This document shows positions 52,683-64,000 of a stretch of DNA of 64,000 nt, one piece after another; position 1 is the first letter of the stretch, and each line of letters begins with the position of its first letter. Both the position numbers and the translations under genes were made by a program. The DNA is taken from NCBI GenBank assembly GCA_918797485.1, contig CAKKNE010000006.1, positions 1,922,001-1,986,000 of the forward strand. The letters run 5' to 3'. The notes beneath the pieces were generated by a model. The model ran no database searches. It saw only the letters and a program-made list of their open reading frames with translations, and was not told the origin of the DNA. The DNA is from Pelagomonas calceolata (lineage: Eukaryota).

Positions 52683-54577
52683 ATGGCGGCGCGGCGCAAG
52701 CCGCCGCGCTTCCGCGCGCGCGAGGCGGACCCGCGCCTCGCCGAGGAGGTCGCGCGGCTCCGCGCCGAGAACGAGCAGCTGCGGCGGCAGCAGGCCTACA
52801 GCGACCTGAGCGACGCGGCGTCCTCGTTCAACTCGCGGACGTCGCTGTCACGGAGCTACGACCAGGAGCTCGCGGACCTGCGCGGGTCGAACGAGCGGCT
52901 CCTCGCGGAGCAGCGGTCGCTCGCGCGGACGGTGCAGGAGCTCCGGGACGCGGCCGTCGCGACGCCGTCGCCGCCGCGGCGGCGCGACGGCGCCTGGCCG
53001 CCGCGGTCGCCGCCGCCGGATCCCTGGCCCGCGACGTCGCCCGCGTCGCCCCCGGCGTCGCCCGCGGCGCCGGCGTCGCCGTGGGACGGCGCCGGCGCGG
53101 CGGCGGGCGCCTGGGCGCGCGCGGCGTCCCCCGCCGCCGACGACGACCCGCTACTGGCCCTCGTGCCGCGCCTGATCCGCGAGGGCGGCTACCTCTGGAA
53201 GGTGCCGGCGCACCACGTCGCGACGGCCGCGCGGCGGCGCTGGTTCCGCGTGGCGCGCGCGCGCCGGGGCGACGTCGCGCTGACGTGGTGCGACCCGCGC
53301 GCGCTGCGGCGGGCGCAGCAGGGCGGCGGCCCCTTCGCGCCGCCGGCGCCGCGCGTGCGCGAGTTCGCGCTGGCGGACGCGCGCGAGCTCCGGCCGGGCC
53401 ACCAGACGTCGGCGTGGTGGAGCCAGGCGGCCGCGCGCGCGGCGCTGCCCGTCGAGGACCTGTGCTGGTCGCTCGTGGCGGGCGACGGCCGGACGCTCGA
53501 CCTCGCGGCGGAGACGGTCCAGGAGGCGCGGCTCTGGAAGGAGGCGCTCGGGGCGCTCCTGCGGGCCCTGGACGGCGGGCGCGCCGCCGCGGCGCCCGCG
53601 GCGGCGGCGGCGGCGCCGCCCGCCGTGCCGGCGGTGCTCCCGCTCGAGGCGCGGCGCCTGGCGCGGGCGGTGGGGAGCGGCGACGCGGCCGCGCTGGGCG
53701 ACGCGCTGCGGACGGTGGCGGACGTCGACGCGTGCCTCGACGAGGCGACGGGCGACACGGCCCTGCTGCTCTGCTGCCGGCGGGGCTTCGCCGCCGGCGC
53801 GGAGACGTGCCTCGCGGCCGGCGCGCGCAACGACCCGCACCCGACCTGGGGCGGCACGGCGCTCCAGCTCGCCGTCGCGCACGGCCAGACCGCCGCGGCG
53901 CGCGCGCTCCTGGCGGCCGCGGCGGCGTCGGGCGCCGACCGCGCCGTCGCGAACCACGTCGTCGTGTCCGAGGACCGGGGCGGCGCGGACCTGCGCCGGG
54001 GCGACGCGCCGCTCCACACGGCCGCGCGCGCCTGCGACGCGGCGACGGCGCAGCTCCTGCTCGAGCACCACGCGGACCCGCTCGCGCGCGACGCCGGCGG
54101 CCGGACGGCCGCGCACGTCGCCGTCGCGGCCGGGCGCGACCGGGGCCTCGACGTGCTCGCGCTGCTGCTCGACGCGGGCTTCGCCGGCGCCGTCGACGCG
54201 CGCGACGGCTCGGACCGCGGCGAGGCCGTGCTCCACGTCGCGTGCCGGAGCGGCGCGAAGCGCTGCGCGGCGCTCCTGCTGCGGTCGGCCGCCGACGCGC
54301 GCGCGCGGGACGGCGCGGGCGCGACGCCGCGCGACGTCGCCGCGCGCGCGGGCTTCGCCGACGTCGCGGACCTCGTGCTCGGCTACGAGGGCGCGGCGGC
54401 CGCGGCGGCGGCGCCGCCGCCGCGCGCGGCCGCGCCCCTCGCCGAGGAGCGGCGGCTCGGGCGCGGCGCGACCGTCGTGGCCGCGGCCGAGACGACGCCC
54501 GTCAGGCGGGGCTACGCGTCGGACTCGTCGCGCGGGTCGCGCGACGGCGACTGGCCCGCGGCCATGACGCGCGCCGC

Positions 54578-54608
<31 letters not shown>

Positions 54609-55655
54609 ACGTTCCTCTGCGACGGCGACGAGTGGCAGGAGCTCTGGTCCGAGGCCGACCAGTACGCGTACTTCCAGCACGTCGCGACGGGCCACACGCA
54701 GTGGGACGACCCGCGCCGCGGCCGGCCGCCGCCGCCGCCCGCGCCGCCGCCGCCGCCGCCGCCGCCGCAGCGCGCGTCGCGGAGCCGGTCCGCGCCCGAG
54801 GTCCTCGGGAACGCGCGGCGGCGGCCCGCGCGCGACGCGAGCCCCGGCCGCCGCGCCTTCGCGACGGGCGGGCCGCTCGTGTCGCCCGTCGACGTCGTCG
54901 CCGTCGCGCGCGGCGCGGCCGCGGCCGCGGCGGCCGCCCCGGCCCCGTCGTCGACGCGCGCCGCGCCGGCGCCGTCCTGGGACACGGTGTCGACGCTCCG
55001 CGCGTCGCCGGCGCCCGACTGGGACGAGCGCTCCGCGTCGACGGCGCGCAGCTGGGGGCCCGAGCCCCCGGCGTCGACGCGTTCCAACTTCTCGGCCCGC
55101 ACCTTCGAGTCCTCGGCCGCGTCCGACGGCGAGTTCGAGGACGTCGACATCGCGACCGACGACGGCGGCGGCGGCGGCGGCGACCCCGAGGACGAGGTCG
55201 ACGAGTTCTTCGAGGAACTCGTGGCGCCCGAGACCGGCGCGGCGGCGCCGCCGGACCTGCCCGCGGAGCTCCGGACCGAGTTCACCTTCGCCCCCGCGGA
55301 CGAGGGCGCCCCCGCGGACGACCCAGCGGTGCCGCTCGCGGACGACGGCGCGGCGGCGGCCGACCCGGCGGTGCCGGCGCCGGCGCCCGCGGACGAGGCG
55401 TCGCCCGGCACGGCGGCGGCAGACGCCGCGACCGACGCGGTCTTCGCGGCCGCCGCCGACGCCCAGCGCCTCGTCGCGGCGGCGGCGGCGCAGGTCCTGC
55501 GGACGGAGTCGCCGGCCAAGCCGCGCGCGGGCCGCCCGCCTCGACCGGAGTCGCCGGCGGCCATCGCGGCGCGCGTCGTGACCGCGAAGCGGTCGCCGGG
55601 CGCCGACGACGCCTATCCGAAGTACTCGGTCAGCGAAAAGACGTATGATCTTTGA
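52683..55655 (+). CDS. Coiled-coil, PH, ankyrin-repeat, WW and proline-rich protein
   Basis: PH: EGGYLWKVP...RRRWF...TLDLAAETVQEARLWKEAL. Ankyrins: GDTALLL, GGTALQLA, GDAPLHTA, GRTAAHVA, GEAVLHVA. WW: WQELWS...YFQHVATGHTQWDDP. Confidence 0.8.
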
Positions 55656-55697
55656 ATTAATTTGCAGCGTATTTGTAAATTACGTAGTAGACGCAGC

Positions 55698-56087
55698 TCA
55701 CTCCGGCCGGCCGCGGTCGACGCCCTGGAGCACGTCCTCGGAGCCCTTCAGGATGCCGTCGCCCTTGAGCAGGTTGCCGAGGTTGATGAACGCGTCCGCG
55801 TACTGAGGGTCCAGTTCGCAGGCCTTGCGGTACGCCGTCTCGGCGCCGGCCTCGTCGCCGCGGATCTCCTCCAGCAGGATGCCCAGGTGGTAGTACGCGA
55901 CGGCCGACTTGGGGTCGCGCTCGATGGCCTCGAGCGCGCGCACGAGCTTACCCGCGTCCTCCTCGATCTTGCGCTCGGCGCCGAGCATCTCGCCGACGAA
56001 CGACGCCGTCGCGTCCGCGGGCCGGCCCGGCGGCGGCGGCGGCGCCGCGCCGCTGAAGGACCTGCGCGTGATTCCGCCGTTGACCAT
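55698..56087 (-). CDS. TPR-containing fragment
   Basis: DPKSAVAYYHLGILL...AETAYRKACELDPQYADAFINLGNLL; only about two repeats. Confidence 0.55.
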   Translation of the reverse strand: MVNGGITRRSFSGAAPPPPPGRPADATASFVGEMLGAERKIEEDAGKLVRALEAIERDPKSAVAYYHLGILLEEIRGDEAGAETAYRKACELDPQYADAFINLGNLLKGDGILKGSEDVLQGVDRGRPE

Positions 56088-56645
56088 CAGGCGTCGACGG
56101 CTTTGTGTCGGTAGTCTAGCGTGCGTGACCGCTTAACTACTCCTCGGCTGCGGAGCCACGAGTTTTTTTTCGCAGTTTCGCAGAATTATTGACCCGGATT
56201 GTTGCCTGGAGGATGAAGATTTTCGCGAGAGTATTGACATATTGGCTTGTCGCGTGAGCGCGAGCGGTGAGGAAAAGCTCCTCTCGGGGCCACAAAAGTT
56301 AGTATAGGTAACTAGATAGAACTCGCCCGGGATAGATATATCTCTAGCGGGAAACTTCTAAGCGGCATAGACGTCCCCCAGGGTATAAAACGCGGGGGCA
56401 AATTCTCCCCCGGTATCGCCTCTACTAGTATAAGCGTTCACGATACACGCCCGCCGGCGCGCCTTTCCCCGAGCGCCCGCGCCGCGGGCCTCGCGCCGCT
56501 CCCGCCGACCCGCCGCCGCCAGCCGGCCCGGCACGCGCCGAAGCGCCGGTTCGAGGACCTGGTCGACACGGGCAAGCGCTACGGCGAGGAGGCGCCGTCG
56601 GCCGGCGCGCCGCCGCGGTCGTGGCCGCGGCCGCGCCAGGGCCAG

Positions 56646-56945
56646 ATGCTGCCCCCCCCCCCGCCGCCGCCGCCGAGGCCCCGCGCGCCGCCGCCGACGC
56701 CCCAACTCATCGCGGGCCTCCAGAAGACGCTGTCGTGCCCGCTCTGCCACGAGCTCTTCGACGACGCCTGCACGCTCCCGTGCGGCCACACGTTCTGCCA
56801 CGGGTGCGTCCACGGCCACTTCGACACGGTCGGCCACGCGTGCCCGCGGTGCAAGGTCCCCTGGCGCCGCCAGGACATCACGCCCGCGGCGACGACGCGC
56901 GGGCTCGTGCGCATCTTCGCGCGGCGCGACGAGTACCCCTCCTGA
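56646..56945 (+). CDS. C3HC4 RING finger protein (short or truncated)
   Basis: CPLCHELF...LPCGHTFCHGC...CPRC. Confidence 0.7.
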   Translation: MLPPPPPPPPRPRAPPPTPQLIAGLQKTLSCPLCHELFDDACTLPCGHTFCHGCVHGHFDTVGHACPRCKVPWRRQDITPAATTRGLVRIFARRDEYPS

Positions 56946-57273
56946 TTCATGATCCGTAGACGATCCCCCCGCCCCTCCCTCGACTGGTAACGCACTCAGT
57001 TTCCTGATATATGGCGCACCCCTCCTAGATCACCCATCCCCCCGCCCTGGGTACATCCTTGCCTAGTACGTGTATGCAGCACAAACCGGAAAAAAAAAAA
57101 GAGACATTGCCAAAATGCCCAACCCGTGTCCTGTGATTTGCTATCTTTTTTAGCCTATTGTGCACGTCGGCGTAACAGAGCTGCAGAAAGTAGTATTTCA
57201 TCACGTCTGTTGCACGCGACCAGCGCTGCGCACGTCTAGGAGCACCGGTCGCCGCGAGCCGCACAATCCAGTC

Positions 57274-58713
57274 ATGGACGCCACCGCGCCCGCAGCGGTG
57301 AAGGTCTCCATCAAAGTCATGAAGGAAATCATCCGCCGCGCGGGCCTCTCGACGGCGGATCTGCTCGAGAGGCACGACGTCGAGGCGCGCTATGCGCAGG
57401 CCGAGGCGCGCCTGGCCGAGGCCGAGCGGCTGAAGAACCAGTCGAAGAAGCGCGGCCACGTCGCCGGAAGCAGCGGCGACGACGGCCCGATGACCCCCGA
57501 GGCCCTGGGCAAGAAGAAGAGCAAGGTCGCGACGACCTGCGTTTCTTCCGGCCGCTTCAGCAACTGCGCGTCCCAGGAGAACGTGGCCCACGAGCCGATC
57601 GACCTCGCGGGAGACGCGAGCGACGGCCACCGGACGTCGGACGACGAGGACGAGGACGACGACGCGGCTCATAAAAGAGCGGAGCGATTACTGAGCGAGT
57701 GCGGCGCGTACGCGGCGAAGCTGATCACGGAACTGAGATCGGCCGGTCTAGCGTCGTCGACGCGGCACGGCGCGCTCTGCGCCGGCGAGATGGTCTCCTC
57801 CAATAGTTCGACGGACTTCGTGCCCCTGGACCAGGCCGAGGTGCGGCGGTGCTGCGGGCCGGACCTGAAATTGCGGCAGCACCAGATCGTGGGCGTGAAT
57901 TGGCTGCTACTCCTCGAGCGCGTCGGCGCGAACGGCGTCCTGGCCGACGACATGGGCCTGGGCAAGACGATCCAGACCATCGCTTATTTAGCGGCGTCGC
58001 GCGCGCGGAAGCTGGCGCAGAATCCTAGTTATCAAGGCCGGGACGTCGTCGTCGTGCCGGCGTCGACGTTGGGCAACTGGCAGCGCGAGTTCGCGCGGTG
58101 GGCGCCCTATGAAAAGCGCGTCGTTGTCTACCATGGGTCCATGAAGGAGCGCCACCTGCTTCGCTACGATCAAGATGTGACAACCGCGCACGTCATTCTC
58201 ACGACCTACACGTGGTGGGAGCGCGAGGACTGCGAAGACGATAGAAGCTTCTTCAAGCATTACGCGCCCTGGGCCCACGTCGTGCTAGATGAAGGTCACA
58301 ATTTGAGGAACCCGGACGCGTCGCGGAGCCGCCATTTACGGCGCTTGGGGGCGCGGTCGCGGACCGTACTCTCCGGCACGCCCATCATGAACCGGCCGCT
58401 TGATCTACTCTCGATTTTGCTCTTCCTGATGCCCGATTTATTTAGAGACTGCCGCGTGACGGACCGGCTCGAGGAGGTCATCACGGCCATGGACTCGGTC
58501 GGAGGCGTGAAGAAGTTGCGGGAGCTGCTGGCGCCGTTTTGTTTGCGGCGGGTGAAGCAGGACGTGTTGCAGTCGTTGCCGCCGAAGACGTCTCATATAA
58601 GCAAACAAAAACGTGGACTTGAGCGGTACAGTGGTCCGTACTACTTCCGGGTGACCCTATACGAGTTCCCACTGCCCGCCGACGTCCCCGAGGAGTGTAA
58701 GTTTCTGTCTTAG
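57274..58713 (+). pseudogene. SNF2-family ATPase (SMARCAD1/Fun30-like), N-terminal lobe only
   Basis: LADDMGLGKT, PASTLGNWQREF, DEGH, LSGTPIMN, LRRVKQDVLQSLPPKT, then unrelated sequence; no helicase-C motifs seen downstream. Confidence 0.7.
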
Positions 58714-59866
58714 ACTGGAGCGCTTCCCCGGGGATAACAAAACCGAAGGGTCCGCACTACGACTCCGGTGAGCGCGTCTCCACGCCATCGAGCAGACGGC
58801 GCGTCGATGGCGTAGAAGTTGCCCGCCACACGCCGTCGAGCAGACGCCGCGTCGCCAGCACTCCCTGAGATCAGGAGCCCCACACGTTTAGAGGAGGTCT
58901 CCTGCTGAGCGAGCCGAGCCTTGGGGATGCCTGCCCGTCGCGTAGGTCACGGTGACCATGTGCTCGACGGCGCACCGCAGATTCGTCACAGATCGGGTGC
59001 GCTCGCGGCGCCGTGGTCCGCGTCTCGTTCTGGGGCTGCGGCCAGCGTATCGAGGCTTTGGTATCCGCGAAACAGAGAGCATTGATGTCCATCTCCTCCT
59101 ACGACTTCGCGAGTCGCCGTGGACAGGCTACAGACCGACGTCGTCGCGGCGGCGATGGGCGTTCGCTCTGGCTCTGCCCCGCGCCGACCGCGAACGACGG
59201 CGTTTGAGCATTCCAATGGGTGGACACAAAATCGGCGCCCGAGGTTGCGCGGGTCGCCCGGCGCGTCCACCACGACGACCGGCTTCTTCGACGCCCTGGG
59301 GAACCGCCCGCGGGGCTCGAAGGCTGCACGCCGCCCCCAGGAGGTGGGCAGCCCCATGGATTGGCCGCCGCCGTCAACCCGTTTTCGTGGGCAAGGCCGC
59401 AGCCCGCGGAGCCGTTATCGTAATATCCCAGAGCAGCGTGGGGCAGCGCGGGCGGGCTGGTGCGATTTGGGTGGCGGCCCAGCTGATGCCCCGAAGGTCC
59501 GGCCGGGCGGGCCCTGGCCAGGGCTTTGTCTGATTTCGGTTCTTTTTCTAGAAGGGAATTGAACGCCCGACGCGGCTTGGTGCACGCGTCGCCCGGGCTC
59601 CAGGACTCGTGGTGTGGAATTTTTGGTGCTCCTGTATTTACCACTTTTAGCAGCTAAAATAGCGCGCACCGGCTGCAATTGGGCCGCCCGGGCAGCTTGG
59701 CTGCCGGCAGGGCGAGCCCCTGGCGTACGCCACCATGGCGCACTGTCGGGCAGCCTATGCCGGTAGCTTGATGAGACACACTAGCAAGCAGTCGCGACTT
59801 TTGAGAAATCAAGCAAGGTCTGTGACTAGCTCTAGTGCTGCTCACCGATCCCGATTGACGACGCCA

Positions 59867-62261
59867 ATGCAATACATTCGCTGCGCCCTCCTCGCCGCCG
59901 CCGCCTCTGCACTCGCTCCGCCGAGCGTAAGCGCGCGTGCACCCATATCCTTCAAGGCTGTCCACCAGGACAGCACCATCGCCGTCGACGAGCGCTTCGC
60001 CGGCGACAAGACCCTCCCGACCTCCTGCGAGACGGTCGCGACCCCCGGCGTGCAGTGGTGCGCGGACGTCGCTTCAAGCCTCGCCGAGCCCGGGCCGGAG
60101 CTACTCTCGACGCTGACCATGCCCCTGCCATTCCACGTCCCAACGAAGAAAGGCTCTGGTCTAGTACTGGCGAAGGACGAGAAAGGGGAGGACGTTTATG
60201 TGCCGGACCCGCAGTCGTCGAGACTTTGCGAGGAGCTCGTGGCGCTCGAAGGTGTGCCGAACCCCGAGGCTTTGTGGCTATTAGTGAGGGATGTTCCTGG
60301 GCACATTCTCGTGCCGAAACTAAGCGCAGCGATCGCCTACCAGAAGTCGGCGCCTAAGGGAGATTTCTGCCAGTATTTCCTCGACACCCTCGTCCCCCAG
60401 GTGGAGGAGGCGATCAAGGCCGCGCCGGACCTCTACTCGGCCTCGAAGGCCATGAGCGACGTCTCGCATCTCGGCGTGAACCTCGGCGGCGGGTGCTATC
60501 GGACCGTCGACCTCCTGGACAACAAGAACCTGAAGGTGATACCGGGCGTGATGGTGTTCCACCTCGCCGTCGGTCGCCGCGGCGACGGACACAACTCTTT
60601 TGCTAGGGACCGTAACAAGTGCGAGACCGGCAAGGCGATCGTGGAGTCGCTGCGACGCGTCTACGCGGAGGCCGGGTGCCTCCCGGAGATCGTCCTTGTA
60701 CAGGAGTCCTGGGCGATCAACGGTTGTGATCAAGTAGGCGTCCGGCGGTCCGAGAAGGGCGACGTCGTGACGTAAGTTGTCCGAGTCGGACCACTTTACG
60801 CGTCTTCAACTTGCGCGAGCCTCCACGCCGTCGACGCGACGGGCTCCTCGCACGCAGGTACTCCATCAACAAGCAGGAGTGCGCGATCAACAAGGTGGCG
60901 CTTGCGCTACGGCGAGCGGTGCGGAAGGCGACCGCGCGCCTCAACGTGATGGTGCTGGCCTCTGAGGACCGAGGGCCCATCTACTTCGTCGACGCCGGCC
61001 GCGACGCGATCCTCGGCGCCCACTCGGGCCGCTTCACCGCGCTCGAAGCCCATGGTCTGGTGGAGCGAGTCTGCGGCTCGGCGACCTGCCACCACCCAGG
61101 CTTAGCGTGGATGTGCCAGGCCTCGAAGGTCACGTTGGATGCGGCCGTGGCGCCCTGCGTCCGAACGCCGATCTACCGATCTACTCGACCTCATATTTTA
61201 TTTACGCACAGGTGGCGCAGGGCGTCGCGGCGATCATGGGCGCCCACGGCATGAAGGTGCCCGACGCGCTCGCGCAAGCGACGACGGCGGGCGTCCAGGA
61301 GCCGCCGGAGGGCTTCGAGCGCAAGATTGTTTCTGGACACCTCAAACTCGTGGCGCGGGACGGCGCCGTCGCGTCGCGCGCCGACGACGCATACGCGGCG
61401 GCGGCTTCATTAGAGGCGGACACGTCCTTGACGCCCACGGCGGCGCTCGATGCTGTGCGGGCGGCGCGGCTCCGCCTGGAGGGCCTCCGGTACGAGCCCC
61501 GGAGCAACGGCCACGCCCGGTGGTTCTTGGACGGCGCCCCCGAGCCGATCACGCGCGTGAACTACGCGGAGGCGCTGTCGGCGCGCCTCGTCGACGAGGT
61601 CCTCGTCGGCCTGCGCTACGACGCGGACGAGCGGGTCAAGGTCGCGTTCGACGAGACCGTGCGGGAGCATTACGCTGTGAAAGGTCTCGACTACGAGTGG
61701 ATCAGCGGTATGAGCACGCGCGGCTATTTCATCGAGGGCTGTTTGGCCTCCTGCTGGCCTTTCCGGATCCGTTCGATAGAGGACGCCCGCGAGTGTTCGC
61801 GCGAGCTGGGCGACGGAGGCCTCATCGGCCGCGGTCTCGACGACCTGGACGTGAGGCGGACCTTCTTTAAGTACGCGACGGACTGGAGCGGGCGGTCTCA
61901 GGCGGAGCGCGACGCTTTGCCCACCCCGACGCATAACTTTGCGGGAGGATGGGTGTCCGTCGTGCCAGAAGACTTCGAGACGCTCGGCTCCCCCGCCGAT
62001 TTGCGCTGGGCGGCAGAAAGGACGGACGACATGCCCGAGAATCGCCCCGTCGGGATTTCATTAACGTCCGGTCCGTCGTCGAACTGGCGGGTGTTCATCG
62101 CGCGCACGCATCTCGGCTGCTATCCCTCCGCGGCCCAAGCGTGGGCCGCGTACCCGAAGGCTACTGCCGACGACGACTCCGAGTCCGACAACAACTCGAT
62201 CACGCTCGACCAGATGCGCGAGAACGCGATGCTGCCGCCGGCGAAGCGGCATCGCTCGTGA
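59867..62261 (+). CDS. Hypothetical 741-aa protein with a heterokont bipartite-type presequence and a C-terminal AP2-like segment; exons 59867-60771, 60858-61128, 61212-62261
   Basis: Two GT-AG introns join three track ORFs in frame. N-terminus MQYIRCALLAAAASALAP; C-terminus GISL...WRVFIARTHLGCYPSAAQAWAAY. Confidence 0.65.
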
Positions 62262-62452
62262 TAAGTGTGCTATTTGTTAGCTTGCCTCCCAGAGACGAGA
62301 GAGAGAGTAGCTTGTGCCTCCTTGGCGGAGACTTGACTACAACTGTAGCCATAGCGGCTACGCATCCGTACGCGGGGCATTGCGACTTATCTGCTCCGCA
62401 GCCAACAACCCAAGCTTGACCCTTTGCAGAGAGAGGACGCCACAGCTGCAAC

Positions 62453-63304
62453 ATGCGTCTCCTTGCAGTGCTGAGCACGGCGGCGGCGCTGGTGGCGCCG
62501 CCGGCCCGCGTGGCGCGGGGCCGGACCTGCGCGCTCGCGGCCGAGCGGGGCCACGAGCGGCGGCGGCGGCCCGAACTGAGGGCGGCCGCGGCGGCCGCGT
62601 CGCTCGCGGCGCTGCTGCCGGCGGCGGCGCACGCGGCGGATTTATCGACCATGGCGGCGCCGCTCGACTCGACGTTCCTGCAGTCGACGTCGCTCGTCTT
62701 CCTGTCGGAGATCGGCGACAAGACCTTCTTCATCGCGTCGATCTTGGCGGCGAAGGCGAGCCGGCTCGTCACGTTCGTCGGCAGCTTCGGGGCGCTCGTC
62801 GTCATGACGGTCATTTCGGTACTGATCGGCCAGGTCTTCCACCAGGTGCCGGACTCGTTCACGGGCGGCCTGCCCATCGACGACTACGTCGCGATCGCCT
62901 CCTTCGTCTACTTTGGCGCCAAGTCCATCAGCGACGCGCTGGGCAACGAGGACGCGGGCGCAGGCATGGCCGAGGAGTTGGACGAGGCGGAGCAGGTCCT
63001 CGCCGAGGGTGACGTGCTCGAGAAGACGCGCGGGAAGGCCCTGAGGCTCGCGGGCGAGGCCTTCGCGCTGACGGTGGCGGCGGAGGTCGGCGACCGGTCG
63101 CAGCTCGCGACGATCGCCCTGTCGGCGGCGCAGAACCCCTACCTGGTGTGCGCGGGCGCGTGCTTCGGCCACGGCCTCGCGACGGGCATCGCCGTCGTCG
63201 GGGGCGCGTTCATCTCCAAGTACACGAACGAAAGGACCGTGGGCCTGGTGGGCGGCGTCCTCTTCCTGGTGTTCGCGGCGACGACGGCGCTCGGGACCTT
63301 CTAA
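62453..63304 (+). CDS. GDT1/TMEM165 (UPF0016) Mn2+/Ca2+ transporter, PAM71/CMT1-like, probably plastid-targeted
   Basis: Two signature motifs, EIGDKT and EVGDRSQ; N-terminal signal and transit-like sequence. Confidence 0.9.
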   Translation: MRLLAVLSTAAALVAPPARVARGRTCALAAERGHERRRRPELRAAAAAASLAALLPAAAHAADLSTMAAPLDSTFLQSTSLVFLSEIGDKTFFIASILAAKASRLVTFVGSFGALVVMTVISVLIGQVFHQVPDSFTGGLPIDDYVAIASFVYFGAKSISDALGNEDAGAGMAEELDEAEQVLAEGDVLEKTRGKALRLAGEAFALTVAAEVGDRSQLATIALSAAQNPYLVCAGACFGHGLATGIAVVGGAFISKYTNERTVGLVGGVLFLVFAATTALGTF

Positions 63305-63327
63305 TATTTAGTATTATCCGGAAGCAC

Positions 63328-64000
63328 TTACTCGAACATGGCCTCGTCGCCGTCGTCGTCGAACGAGAACGCCTTGGCCGGCTCGCCGTCGACGGCGTCG
63401 GCCGATACCTTTTGCTTGGCCGCGTAGGCGTCGTACTTGGCGAGGTCCGCGTCCGTGACGGAGCGCCGCGCCGTGGCCATGGCCTCCTCGAAGTGTTTGG
63501 TGGAGACGGCCGTCGGGCCCTCTACTCCTTCCGCCGCCGCGTGCACGGCGTCCCGGATCGCGCAGCGCGCGGCCCGCTTCGCGACCTCGGCGCAGTCCGC
63601 GCCCGAGAAGCCCGGCGTGCACCTTGCTAACAAATCAAGGTCCACCTCATCAGAAACGGGCGAGTTCCGGAGCGCCGCGCGGAAGACCGCCGCGCGCGAC
63701 GCCTCGTCGGGCAGCGGGATATACACTAAAGTATCTAAGCGTCCCGGCCGCGTGATCGCCGCGTCCAAAACCTCCGGTCTATTGGTCGCGCCGATGACGA
63801 AGACGTCCTTCCGCGCGCCGACGCCGTCGATCTCCGTCAGGATCTGGTTGATGACGCGGTCGCCGGCCTCGGACGCGCCGCCCTGGCCCGAGCCGCGCTG
63901 CTTCGCGATGGCGTCGATCTCGTCGAAGAAGAGGATGCAGGGCGCCGACGCGCGCGCCTTCTCGAAGAGCGCGCGGACGTTCGCCTCGCTCTCGCCGAAC
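63328..64000 (-). CDS. CDC48: CDC48/p97 AAA ATPase, C-terminal part (extends beyond the window)
   Basis: GESEANVR...[13 protein letters not shown]...[13 protein letters not shown]...GATNRP...RPGRLD...YIPLPD...GFSGAD...[10 protein letters not shown]. Confidence 0.88.
   Translation of the reverse strand, partial: FGESEANVRALFEKARASAPCILFFDEIDAIAKQRGSGQGGASEAGDRVINQILTEIDGVGARKDVFVIGATNRPEVLDAAITRPGRLDTLVYIPLPDEASRAAVFRAALRNSPVSDEVDLDLLARCTPGFSGADCAEVAKRAARCAIRDAVHAAAEGVEGPTAVSTKHFEEAMATARRSVTDADLAKYDAYAAKQKVSADAVDGEPAKAFSFDDDGDEAMFE

Noticed and set aside
10147..55648. Many very long overlapping Arg/Gly/Pro-rich ORFs (for example 18065-21334, 18322-21549, 42489-46754, 52637-55648)
   Set aside because: These are shadow and antisense frames created by extreme GC3 bias; they are low-complexity and lack domain motifs.
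1..64000. Selenoprotein (in-frame UGA) candidates, expected in this lineage
   Set aside because: I saw no TGA within a redox motif followed by continued homology. A SECIS search was not run, so this is not exhaustive.

Overview
Eukaryotic nuclear DNA, most likely a pelagophyte alga of the Aureococcus anophagefferens type. This is inferred from the extreme GC3 codon bias, heterokont ASAFAP-like plastid presequences and introner-type introns with 8-bp TSDs. The first ~10 kb is a distinct low-GC block holding three host genes (a coiled-coil protein, an outer-dynein-arm docking-complex-like protein and an IQ/ARM protein), two Copia LTR copies and MITEs. The rest is a gene-dense, very GC-rich region. 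It encodes a CAP-Gly/CbbX-type AAA fusion, DHDPS, RPS23, a CBP/p300-type HAT, Tudor-like proteins, BUD23, TTLL1, a kinase, a D27-like isomerase, an L-type lectin, a TPR/IQ/LRR protein, a convergent pair of ZIP-transporter paralogues, a PH-ankyrin-WW protein, a truncated SNF2, a GDT1/TMEM165 transporter and the 3' end of CDC48. The strongest candidate for an undescribed system is a ~1,320-aa KS-less assembly-line enzyme at 22138-26200. Its domain order is a propionyl-CoA-synthase-type acyl-CoA ligase, a PKS dehydratase, an ACP, a hot-dog thioesterase and a membrane anchor, and it only reads as one gene after an introner-derived intron is spliced out. Also notable are a repeated His/Cys-containing extracellular module fused to the ZIP transporters and a series of introners at different stages of decay. 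All calls come from reading motifs by eye; no database search was run.
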